Shown: positions 49,450-57,402 of the stretch, in pieces
Numbering within the stretch: position 1 is the first letter of the stretch
How the letters are laid out: the number at the start of each line of letters is the position of its first letter
Virus record (IMG/VR): IMGVR_UViG_3300009031_000221
Location: 64,001 to 128,000 of that record
Reading direction: 5' to 3' (one strand)
Source of the DNA: a virus
Taxonomy: Duplodnaviria; Caudoviricetes
Length of the DNA: 64,000 nt
Notes under the pieces: generated by a model
The model's input: the letters and a program-made list of their open reading frames with translations, nothing else
Databases searched by the model: none
Told to the model about the DNA's origin: nothing
Position numbers and translations under genes: made by a program

Positions 49450-49724
49450 GTATCGCTCCTTGCTTTGTAAGCAGCGTACGCTGCCGTTGCCTCAGGGCTG
49501 AGGGACTGTTCAATGTAGTCACATAGAGCGTCCCGCAACCCTCTCTCACACGGATGCATCTGGATAACGGTGGTCACCCCACCCGCAACCATCACCCCGT
49601 CATCGCCTTTGCGAATGTCTTGCACAATCTCCGCAATCTCAACCGGGTCTTCAAGCTGCGTCACATCCGAGAAGATGTTGATCAATGACTCCAGGATAGG
49701 TCCTTTGTATGCTTGAAGTCTCAT
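49446..49724 (-). CDS. Hypothetical protein, first gene after promoter copy 2
   Basis: 92 aa; GAGG SD; 34 nt downstream of the conserved promoter. Confidence 0.7.
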   Translation of the reverse strand: MRLQAYKGPILESLINIFSDVTQLEDPVEIAEIVQDIRKGDDGVMVAGGVTTVIQMHPCERGLRDALCDYIEQSLSPEATAAYAAYKARSDT

Positions 49725-49758
49725 CGTATCCTCGTTTCACCCGTCAGGGTTCGTGCTG

Positions 49759-49786
49759 TCTACGCCTACCTTGCGGAAAGTAAGTC
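49759..49786 (-). promoter_or_regulatory. Conserved phage promoter motif, copy 2
   Basis: GACTTACTT-N13-CGTAGA upstream of the 49724 operon that ends in the RNB-dsRBD gene. Confidence 0.7.
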
Positions 49787-49797
49787 ACACAAAAGCA

Positions 49798-49831
49798 CAA
49801 CACCCCCGGTTGGGCCCAACCGGGGGTGTTG
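49798..49831 (-). terminator. Perfect 34-bp palindrome, probable intrinsic terminator of the micro-ORF cassette
   Basis: CAACACCCCCGGTTGGGCCCAACCGGGGGTGTTG is self-complementary; followed on the minus strand by TGCTTTTGTGT. Confidence 0.65.
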
Positions 49832-49866
49832 CATTCACCTTTTTTATATACTCATTAGGTATTAAA

Positions 49867-49935
49867 TCAACAACCCCCGTTAGGGGTTAGGGCCGGGGGT
49901 GCCCGGGCAGACCTCTTTCGCCGTCTATTTTTCAT
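49867..49935 (-). CDS. Micro-ORF B, MKNRRRKRSARAPPALTPNGGC (RAPP arrest-like peptide)
   Basis: Manual translation; GAGGT SD 6 nt upstream; shares RRKRSARAPP with micro-ORF A through synonymous changes only. Confidence 0.75.
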   Translation of the reverse strand: MKNRRRKRSARAPPALTPNGGC

Positions 49936-49995
49936 ACTTATACCTCTATGATTTATGCGTGATTTAGGCTTACATCAACAACTCCCGTTAGGGAG

Positions 49996-50046
49996 TCACG
50001 TCGGCGGCGCTCTGGCAGACCTTTTACGTCGTGTGCGGCTTCTCAT
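49996..50046 (-). CDS. Micro-ORF A, MRSRTRRKRSARAPPT (RAPP arrest-like peptide)
   Basis: Manual translation; alternative in-frame ATG at 50058 (MDTI-); followed by an ACUCCC-UAAC-GGGAGU hairpin. Confidence 0.75.
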   Translation of the reverse strand: MRSRTRRKRSARAPPT

Positions 50047-50095
50047 GATGGTGTCCATTCATCGGGGAAGTTAGGGTGCCCCGGTTCACATACCA

Positions 50096-50123
50096 TCTAC
50101 GCCGATGTCTGGGAAAGTAAGTC
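50096..50123 (-). promoter_or_regulatory. Conserved phage promoter motif, copy 3
   Basis: GACTTACTT-N13-CGTAGA pointing into the micro-ORF cassette. Confidence 0.7.
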
Positions 50124-50467
50124 TACGAATCAACTTTTAGTGATGCCCTCAAGAACTCTAGGAATTCTTCCCATTCCTCTAGGTCACACGCACCCTTCGC
50201 AGCGTTCGCACCCCAACAAGCTAGCACTACATTCGACCTAACGTACCCACGGCTATTGTCCGTCCGGTCAATGGTAGGGATCATCGGATGCCTAGGGCCT
50301 ACATCATCCTTCCACTGCATAGGAACCTTGAACCAGTAGCATAGGCCCGATTGTTCGTCCCAAATCTCTACTATGTCTTGGGCAGTCAGATCGAACGGCA
50401 TGCCCCGTTCAAGGGCACGTCTACGGGCATTGCCTATGAGGATGTTGACCCAAGCAGGATGACTCAT
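50123..50467 (-). CDS. His-Me finger (HNH-like) endonuclease domain protein
   Basis: NARRRA...FDLT...QSGLCYW...PTIDRTDNSRGYVRSNVVLACWGANAAK, a pattern typical of phage HNH-like nucleases; weak SD, possibly truncated. Confidence 0.7.
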   Translation of the reverse strand: MSHPAWVNILIGNARRRALERGMPFDLTAQDIVEIWDEQSGLCYWFKVPMQWKDDVGPRHPMIPTIDRTDNSRGYVRSNVVLACWGANAAKGACDLEEWEEFLEFLRASLKVDS

Positions 50468-50484
50468 ATTACTTCTACGCGATT

Positions 50485-50512
50485 GGCTTACTTCTCATGC
50501 TGCCAGCGTAGT
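50485..50512 (+). promoter_or_regulatory. Conserved phage promoter motif, copy 4
   Basis: GGCTTACTT-N13-CGTAGT, 17 nt upstream of ORF 50530; fixes the orientation of the motif. Confidence 0.65.
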
Positions 50513-50529
50513 AGATGTAGGAGGACACC

Positions 50530-50730
50530 ATGGATACCCGCTTCGAGTGCCTGATTGATTTCACCAAGGGATGCACCATCATCGTGGATGACCACAAGTG
50601 GGAGCCCATTGCTCATGGCGTGGTCAATTACACGTACCGGGATCGAGCGCCCGTGGAGATCGACATCATCGAGGCCGCGATTTCGGCGGGCAAGATCAAG
50701 GATAGTCGCAAGGGCTGGTTCGCGATGTAG
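50530..50730 (+). CDS. Small hypothetical protein (66 aa)
   Basis: AGGAGG SD and its own promoter motif. Confidence 0.75.
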   Translation: MDTRFECLIDFTKGCTIIVDDHKWEPIAHGVVNYTYRDRAPVEIDIIEAAISAGKIKDSRKGWFAM

Positions 50731-50743
50731 TAAAGGCGGGGTG

Positions 50744-51304
50744 CTACTCGCCCCACCTTTGCTTCTCGTATTCCTTCCAATTCTTTGTCGTGGGCTTGGA
50801 AGGCTTCTTCTGTCCGCCAGGGCCACCATTCTCAGTGACGTAACAACGGTCAGCGGGGTCACCCGTCTCATAGTAGCATTGACCCTTAGCCTCGGGTTCC
50901 CACTTGCCGGGGTCACGGGAAGGCGAATCGCCATATCCCTTGCCCTTCTCCCCATGCTCACGACCCGCCTCTACACCTTCGGCAGCATTAATACCATAGG
51001 CGGCTTCGGATTCATCAAATTCACGGGCTTCACTGCGAAAGCGGCTCAATAGACGGTCAACCAGGACGGCTTCTTCCGTAGCCTGAATGGTATCCAACAG
51101 AGCTACGCAGAATGCAAATGCCGTTGTTTGGTCCCACTTGATGAACGTCGCAACCTTGCTAAGCAATACCCGGTAGGACATCGGAAGGCGATTAACGTAC
51201 GCCGCCTTCTTTTCCTGGGATGCACGAATAAGCGGCACTAGGTGAGGCCGCAACTCAGGATTGGCTTGTGCAAGCTTGATTATTTCTTTCCGTAGATCCC
51301 TCAT
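50744..51304 (-). CDS. Hypothetical protein, possible internal head protein
   Basis: GGAGG SD; N-terminal LRKEIIKLAQANPELRPHLVPLI helix followed by KKAA; charged C-terminus. Confidence 0.65.
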   Translation of the reverse strand: MRDLRKEIIKLAQANPELRPHLVPLIRASQEKKAAYVNRLPMSYRVLLSKVATFIKWDQTTAFAFCVALLDTIQATEEAVLVDRLLSRFRSEAREFDESEAAYGINAAEGVEAGREHGEKGKGYGDSPSRDPGKWEPEAKGQCYYETGDPADRCYVTENGGPGGQKKPSKPTTKNWKEYEKQRWGE

Positions 51305-51363
51305 ATGCGTTCCTCCGGCCTAAGTGCCTACCAGGAGAATACGTATAGAATGCCTACCGAGAT

Positions 51364-51810
51364 TCATTCATCTGAATGGAGTACCGTAGATTGGAATTTT
51401 GGTGCAAACGTTGTGGCCCCTGGATCCCATATATCCTCGTCCCCATTCATATTCCCCTCGTACACAAGGGTTTCAGTCTGGTCTACCGCGATACTCGGGG
51501 GAGCGTCCCAGGCCTGTCCTTCCGACAACATGTACATTGCACGTCGAACTTCAGGGATTTTGTCCTCCGGAATCAATCCTTTGTCCCACAACCGTTTCAG
51601 ATTCATGAACCCATGCTTCATGTAGGGGTTCGGAGGATGCTCCAAAGGATGTGTTGGATCTCCCGGCATCGTCGCCACATACAAATGCTCATCGGGATGG
51701 TTATCTGGGTGTAGATTCGCCCGTAGATAGTTTTGCATCCCCTCGAGTGCTGCTGCCTGTTCATCTGGATGGATGAGGAGGTCACGAATATTCTTGATAG
51801 GTCGAGTCAT
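51364..51810 (-). CDS. Hypothetical protein
   Basis: 148 aa, ATGA-coupled to the upstream endonuclease gene. Confidence 0.6.
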   Translation of the reverse strand: MTRPIKNIRDLLIHPDEQAAALEGMQNYLRANLHPDNHPDEHLYVATMPGDPTHPLEHPPNPYMKHGFMNLKRLWDKGLIPEDKIPEVRRAMYMLSEGQAWDAPPSIAVDQTETLVYEGNMNGDEDIWDPGATTFAPKFQSTVLHSDE

Positions 51811-53132
51811 GGTTCAAGCACCTCAAGGAATGCTTGCAATCGAACATTTACCGCCTCGGGGTCTGACTTGACCTCGGATTCCCACAGAACCAAGCAATCG
51901 ATGCCAATTTCCTTGAAAGCATCTATCAGTTCTTGTTCATGGTCAAAGTTGGCTTTCCCCGTGAATATTCTGGAGTGCCAAAAATCCCCGAATACCTCCA
52001 CCACCTTGGTAACCCCTCGCTTGGGGTGATCAGGATCGGGGCCTGGAATAATGAAATCGGGGTTCTTGTAAACCCCGATATTATTCAAGCGCTTCCAATA
52101 AGCCCCATCACCCGTGAATATCATGTTGGATGCCATAGAAGCCACTTTGGCCTCTAATAGATTTGGACCTATTAGAGGCCTGCCCGGAAACGGAGTCCCG
52201 TATTTCCGAATACATGTTGCAAATCGTTTTTCGTTGAAAAATTCCAATTGAAGCGGATGATCAACCCCATATCGAGATTGAAATGTAGCTTTAGCTTTAT
52301 CCCAGAAACCTTCGATCTGACTTGGGAACTCGACTCCATAGCGTTCCATCAAGACATCACGTACCTCCGCCTTCCCTTGATCTGATGCAAAGTAGTGGGC
52401 TCCGTACTTGGCTTCCATCGCGTCTAGCTGCTTGCGGCGAACTTCCGGATCCATAGCCGTCCAAGGAACTCCGTACCGGGTCATGTTGGTCGCTTGGATG
52501 CGTCCCTTGACCTCGGGGCTGCACGAAGGTTCCACGAACCCATAGCGTTCAATATTCGTTTGATCAATCCGTTCCCGCAATGTAGGAGAACCCCGAAGCT
52601 CCCCGCCATACCTAGAAATGACAGTAGCACGAGTTGCTTCCCGAATATTGGGGACTTGCTGTGGGTTGTCCACGCCATGTTTAGCTTGCCAATGATGGAG
52701 AATTTTCGCTTTCACTTCGGGTTTGTGAAACGCATTGGTATCACCATGGGCACCTCGCTTCCCCATGGATGATTCTTGGACTTTAGAAAACAAAGATGAT
52801 TCCCGTTGAAATGTGTTGCCCGCCCCATACCGAGCACGGTTCGTTGCCTTGGTGCGTTCTTGAACTTCAGGGACAAGTGCAACAGTAGGAACACCATAGC
52901 GTCCAATGTTAGTTTGGGCCGTCCGTTGCCCTTGCACCAACCCACGGTCGCGTCCAAGCCATGTTGTGCATCCTTGCCGATGCCGCTTCATTTGTGTCAA
53001 CGACCTAGCGACGTGACCACAAAGACACGGTGGAACAGGTGGTGATATCGTTGGATTACACTTGGCTAAATGCCGAGAATTCAGTTTAACACCAGGAAAT
53101 TCACGATAGCAAAGGGGGCATTGAATGGGCAT
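51807..53132 (-). mobile_element. Homing-endonuclease-like gene: Zn fingers, TxxxRYG repeats and Vsr/DUF559-like nuclease
   Basis: Start re-called at MPIQCPLC (GGAGGT SD); about 8 T-x-x-x-(R/K)-YG repeats; C-terminal NPDF...VVEVFGDFWH...LVLWESE. Confidence 0.75.
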
Positions 53133-54075
53133 GCTGGAGTACCTCCACCAGCAATGTACCACAAAATAAAACCCATGGCAAGACCAGAAACGATCTTGGG
53201 CTCAGTACGCCCTTGCCTGTGAATGGACCGAAGGCGGAACGAATACCAATACCGAATCGGGGTTGCTGCAAACCGCGGATGAACTTGACGGTTCGTGCCT
53301 TGGCCTCTGTGGCCTTATCGAACTGCGCCTCAGAGTTGGATTTGAGGGATTCGTATTTGGAGGATTTCTCAAGAGTCAGACTTACGCCCCCAATGGAGTA
53401 ATCGAACTCATCAGCTACCCAGTTGATGGCGAGGGCGAAACATGCGTGTGATATAGCGCCCCACAGAATCGCGGTTCGCCACGCAGGCATGTCCTTCACA
53501 AGACGGTCTAGATTGGGTACATTCTTGCCTGTGAATGGTGGGAACATGTTGAACCAGTCCAACGCCCGTTCACAATATTCCAATAGCTCATCGTCCTGCC
53601 AAATCTGCCCGAACACCCTATCGTACCTTCCAATGTTCCCCTCAAACTCTGGGGGACGGAAGTGGTAAAACTTGTCCGGGTTCTGGTCACGGAGGAGCAT
53701 TCGGAGCTTCGTGATCATTTCCAGTCGGGCCCCGCTATAGGTCAATGGATTGATTGCCCCCTGGGCTTCAACCGTGAATTCTATAACAACTTGCTGTGCG
53801 GGGGAAGACACCAATTGCTTGAATGTCCAACGCACTCGATAGGTGCCAAGTGTTGCTGAAGGCGGAATCATCAATGCCGCGTAGTATTCGCCAACGGAAG
53901 GATTGACAGGGATACGATTAGGATCGCCTATCAAAACTTCAGGGTTGGGAAATACGGGGTCTACCCAGTAGAGGGCGTAGGTAATCTCAGCAGCATTCGT
54001 CGGTTGGTTGTTATTATCAACAAGGAATATGTTGATATCCCCGCGACCTAATGTTTGACCTGGATAATATGCCAT
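53101..54075 (-). CDS. Head-tail adaptor/neck protein (probable)
   Basis: Ig-like N-terminal part plus helical LRMLLRD...WQDDEL...DEFDYSIGGVSL region resembling myovirus adaptors; 3' end overlaps the endonuclease gene. Confidence 0.55.
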   Translation of the reverse strand: MAYYPGQTLGRGDINIFLVDNNNQPTNAAEITYALYWVDPVFPNPEVLIGDPNRIPVNPSVGEYYAALMIPPSATLGTYRVRWTFKQLVSSPAQQVVIEFTVEAQGAINPLTYSGARLEMITKLRMLLRDQNPDKFYHFRPPEFEGNIGRYDRVFGQIWQDDELLEYCERALDWFNMFPPFTGKNVPNLDRLVKDMPAWRTAILWGAISHACFALAINWVADEFDYSIGGVSLTLEKSSKYESLKSNSEAQFDKATEAKARTVKFIRGLQQPRFGIGIRSAFGPFTGKGVLSPRSFLVLPWVLFCGTLLVEVLQHAHSMPPLLS

Positions 54076-54084
54076 CGCATCACC

Positions 54085-54381
54085 TCAGTTGATCACTTCT
54101 TGCCCGTCGGCATCCAATATGGTAATTGGAAATCCACGGGATCGTTTCTCATTAATGCTCATCATGGTGTCAATGAGCCTATTTTGAATGGAATCCAGGA
54201 AAGGTTCCTGCACACGAATACGGGCTACCACCTTAGCCGTATGTTCGCTCTCAGAGAACGCTAGGAAATCCAGGAACCATTCCGCGCCTTGATCATGAAC
54301 CACTCGAAAAGCGTTGGCATATTCCCCAACCGCAATACCCGGAGGAACCGTCACAAGACATTCAACCCTTCGGTCCTCCAT
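54085..54381 (-). CDS. DUF3467-like small protein
   Basis: GEYANAFRV...EWFLDF...VVARIRV pattern; start re-called at MEDRR. Confidence 0.55.
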   Translation of the reverse strand: MEDRRVECLVTVPPGIAVGEYANAFRVVHDQGAEWFLDFLAFSESEHTAKVVARIRVQEPFLDSIQNRLIDTMMSINEKRSRGFPITILDADGQEVIN

Positions 54382-54703
54382 AGGAATTCTCCGTGCCGGA
54401 TCCCATCCGTGCGATAGCAACATCCATGATGTAACAGAAACCTGATGCCGCTATGGCCCATATTGCCCCGCCTACCAATATTGGTAATGGGTGAATAGAA
54501 ACCATTGGGTTTATTTCCAAAGATGCTATCCACGTTACCCACCCCATCCAGAACCCCAAACAATAGGGGCACTCAATGAGTTCCTGCATCCCTCGCCGCC
54601 ATACAGAATCTTTGCGGTATGCGATGACTTGAAGGGACGGCATCTTGTATTGGATGCCAAATACAAGACCATACGATGCAACCATGAAAATCCAAGTAGG
54701 CAT
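54362..54703 (-). CDS. DUF1360-like membrane protein
   Basis: ELIECPYCLGFW motif flanked by hydrophobic helices. Confidence 0.65.
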   Translation of the reverse strand: MPTWIFMVASYGLVFGIQYKMPSLQVIAYRKDSVWRRGMQELIECPYCLGFWMGWVTWIASLEINPMVSIHPLPILVGGAIWAIAASGFCYIMDVAIARMGSGTENSYGGPKG

Positions 54704-54706
54704 TTG

Positions 54707-54949
54707 TTACTCGCTCATGTGGGTCATGGCCTTCATGGCCTTGATTTCGTCGGCATACGTAAGAGCCGGTACTTTGGCTACCCGATTGAAGTATTGGTTT
54801 TTCAGATCTCGCATCCCTTCCCCGTCTTCAAACAGGAAGAACACACGCCCACCTTCCCGTTCAGTGCCGATGTATGAAACACCCGCAACCTTTAGGTAGG
54901 CAGCATAGTAGAGATCCGAAGTTCGGTAGCTATTTGAATTCGTTATCAT
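54707..54949 (-). CDS. DUF5659-like small protein
   Basis: YRTSDLYYAAYLKVAG...RVFFLF pattern; start re-called at MITNSN (GAGAGG SD). Confidence 0.6.
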   Translation of the reverse strand: MITNSNSYRTSDLYYAAYLKVAGVSYIGTEREGGRVFFLFEDGEGMRDLKNQYFNRVAKVPALTYADEIKAMKAMTHMSE

Positions 54950-54957
54950 ATTGCCTC

Positions 54958-55635
54958 TCAGTAGATCCCATTTTTGTATGTTTCCATCCAGGTAGAATCC
55001 CGTCCACAGGATTTTTGATTGCTTAATGTGTCCGCAACCAAAGAGCACAAGTCATACAACTCAGCATCAGATAGATTTCCTCGAATTCGATTTACACGAG
55101 TATGCACCCATCGATAGTTTTCGATAGAATCCTCGCCCCCTAATGATTTTGGAATAATGTGATCAATACTTGCATTCAACCCCAAACGGAGTTGCACCCC
55201 TGACAAAGCACATCGGTAACTTTGTCGGGTCATTAGAGCCTTCAATTCATCTCCTCTACGTCGAGATTTTAGGAACCTCCATGAAACCTCTTTCAACCAG
55301 CATGTTTCGCAATAAAGGGATGTGACTAACTCGGCGCTGTGGCAATAGAAACATATATTGGGATCCCTATCTACATAACGATATTTAGCTTTGGTCAAAC
55401 ATTCGGGACAGCAAACCCCATCGCCATCATGAGGTTTGCGACATTGCGAGCAAACCCCATTTGACAGATAACGAGCATGCCTCAACCGAGCACTCGCGGC
55501 ATCACAATCACGACAAATACCACGCTTTTGATCCTTTGATTTGGGGTTATTCGAAAATGATTCCAAAGCCTTTGTTTCTCGACATCGAGAACAAGTTTTG
55601 GCATCTTCAATGAGATTGAGATTTCTTGTGCCCAT
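54958..55635 (-). mobile_element. HNH homing-endonuclease-like gene with multiple CxxC motifs
   Basis: CSRC...CRDC, further CxxC pairs, and QSYRCALSG...ASIDHIIPKSLGG...NYRWVHTRVNRIR. Confidence 0.8.
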
Positions 55636-55713
55636 GATAACTCCCATCTAGCCACTCGCATAATACCGCGAGGGTCACTTGATGGAGTCTATAGGCAGAG
55701 CAACGAACCTAAA

Positions 55714-56607
55714 TTACCAGGCAATGCCGGTGCTGTCATAGACCCGCAGAACTGGAGCGCTGCCGGATGCAGGAATGTTCACACCTGCAAGGGTGTAGGC
55801 ATTGCCGGCGGCGCCGTAAGTGAACGCAGGGTTCAGGATCACATGAGCCGACTTGAATCCATGGATTTGGCCCGCACCATTTGATGCCGCTACAATTCCA
55901 GTACGTGCCAATACAGGGCGACCCTGGAAACCGTGGTCAAGAGATGTTAGGAAAGCGCCTTCCCCAACAAACACCTTCCCAGTCGTAGACGAAAGCTGTG
56001 CATCTACAAGAGCTGCACGGCTAGCCTGATTCAGAAACGTAGGGCCAACGTCGGTCAGAATCGTGTAACGAGGGCTACGGTAAATCTCACCGGACAGAAT
56101 ACGGAGGATGTCCGTCACTGAACCGAAGGATGTTCCCGTTGCCAATCCTGTACCAGCATCAACTGCCGCCAACAGGACATTGATTGATGCCAACGTCAAT
56201 GACGCGCCTGCATCAGCTGCAGCTTCAATCGCCGAGGCAGCAGCAATAGCATTTGCGGTTGTTAGGAATGATCCCGTAGTAGCCTTCTGAACACGCTCCT
56301 GCAAGTAGGCAGCAAGCCCAAAGCGAGCAACCGTCGTTGCCCAGCTATCCGCTCCACCACCCGTTGTATCGGATGCTGCAGGAGCATTAGCAGCGGTCAA
56401 CAAGGTGTTCAATGAACCCGACACGAAGTCGTTTCCATTGACCTTAGTTGCACCTGGAGCGGCGACACCGGAGCCCACATAATGGGTTTGGCCCGCACCA
56501 TCATAGATGCCGTTCTTCTGTGACGTGTTAGGCCACAGGTCGGTCAACTGAACGCCCATCCCTTCTAGGTCATTACGCCGTGGGATGATAAATATTTGGC
56601 TGGCCAT
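55714..56607 (-). CDS. Putative virion protein, paralog triplet member 3
   Basis: IFIIPRRNDL...LTDLWPNTSQ, ILRILSGEIYRSP and LRVYDSTG shared with the two upstream genes. Confidence 0.65.
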   Translation of the reverse strand: MASQIFIIPRRNDLEGMGVQLTDLWPNTSQKNGIYDGAGQTHYVGSGVAAPGATKVNGNDFVSGSLNTLLTAANAPAASDTTGGGADSWATTVARFGLAAYLQERVQKATTGSFLTTANAIAAASAIEAAADAGASLTLASINVLLAAVDAGTGLATGTSFGSVTDILRILSGEIYRSPRYTILTDVGPTFLNQASRAALVDAQLSSTTGKVFVGEGAFLTSLDHGFQGRPVLARTGIVAASNGAGQIHGFKSAHVILNPAFTYGAAGNAYTLAGVNIPASGSAPVLRVYDSTGIAW

Positions 56608-56625
56608 CGTTGTCCCCCTATCCTG

Positions 56626-57387
56626 TTAGATAACGCCACCGGCATTGTCATAGATCGTTACTGCCCGGTGCGTACCACTCGTTAGATTGACGCCCGCGAT
56701 ATCCTTTGCCGTTCCCGTTGCCGAATAGGTGAACGCAGGATTGACCCAGGTGTAGAACGGGGCCTTGAGTTGTGCCATCGTGCCCGTCAATGCCGAAGCA
56801 TGAAGGGAACCGGTATCCGCAATCTTGCGAATATCCCGATAATCCGTCCCAGGCCCCGCAAACACACCCATGTTGGCGCTGTTCCATGCGTGGTTATCAA
56901 GCGAAATGAAGGCGCCCGCCGGAACCCTGTAGACCTCGCCCGCCAGGATGCTAAGCACTTCTTCAAGCGACCCCGTGGAACCACCCGCATTCAAAGTGCT
57001 GGCTGCACCACCGCCCGTTGCGGCGCCAATGATCGCATTCACATCAGTGATGCTCAAGCTCAACCCTGCAGCTACTCGAGCCAAAATGGCATCCTGAATA
57101 GTCGCAATGCGTGCCGGAGTCAATACGATATTAGCGTTATCGATGTCCTTGACATTGTCTGCCAAATAGGCACCCAATCCATAGAACGTCGATGCTGCCG
57201 TATCCTTGTTGACCGCCACAACCGTATAGGTCACGGTGTCATGCTGAGGCTCCCACGTAATGTATCCCGTTTGGCCTTGAGGGGTCAAAGAGGGAATCCT
57301 CTGTGAAGAGTTGGGATGCAAATCTAGAACCTGAAGGAGGTTGTCCGCCAAGTCGTTACGAGCCAAACAAATGTAAGCGCGTGCCAT
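56626..57387 (-). CDS. Putative virion protein, paralog triplet member 2
   Basis: YICLARNDL...LQVLDLHPNSSQRIPSL, VLSILAGEVYRVP, AVTIYDNAG. Confidence 0.65.
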   Translation of the reverse strand: MARAYICLARNDLADNLLQVLDLHPNSSQRIPSLTPQGQTGYITWEPQHDTVTYTVVAVNKDTAASTFYGLGAYLADNVKDIDNANIVLTPARIATIQDAILARVAAGLSLSITDVNAIIGAATGGGAASTLNAGGSTGSLEEVLSILAGEVYRVPAGAFISLDNHAWNSANMGVFAGPGTDYRDIRKIADTGSLHASALTGTMAQLKAPFYTWVNPAFTYSATGTAKDIAGVNLTSGTHRAVTIYDNAGGVI

Positions 57388-57402
57388 ATTTCCTCCGTCA
57401 GA

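Noticed and set aside
49036-49549. Track ORFs 49036-49470, 49074-49433, 49094-49501 and 49238-49549
   Set aside because: Alternative frames over the membrane-protein gene 49090-49449, which has coupled start/stop overlaps and coherent TM segments.
49879-49892. GTTAGGGGTTAGGG as a telomeric repeat or telomerase-like template
   Set aside because: Only two adjacent units, internal location, no reverse transcriptase in the window; better explained as hairpin-loop motifs.
49867-49996. Two ATCAACAAC(C/T)CCCGTTAGGG repeats as a mini CRISPR array
   Set aside because: Only two copies, about 111-bp period, the intervening sequences are homologous coding units, and no cas genes are present.
50043-50096. 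Upstream micro-ORF MVCEPGHPNFPDEWTPS overlapping micro-ORF A by ATGA
   Set aside because: Its ATG lies in the -10 box of promoter copy 3, upstream of the predicted transcription start, and has no SD.
50488-51052. Track ORFs 50488-50961 (-) and 50555-51052 (+)
   Set aside because: They overlap better-supported genes (50530-50730 with promoter and SD; 50744-51304 with SD) and are Arg/Ser-rich shadows.
54351-54572. Track ORF 54351-54572 (-)
   Set aside because: Alternative frame overlapping the DUF1360-like gene, which has a recognisable CPYC-W motif.
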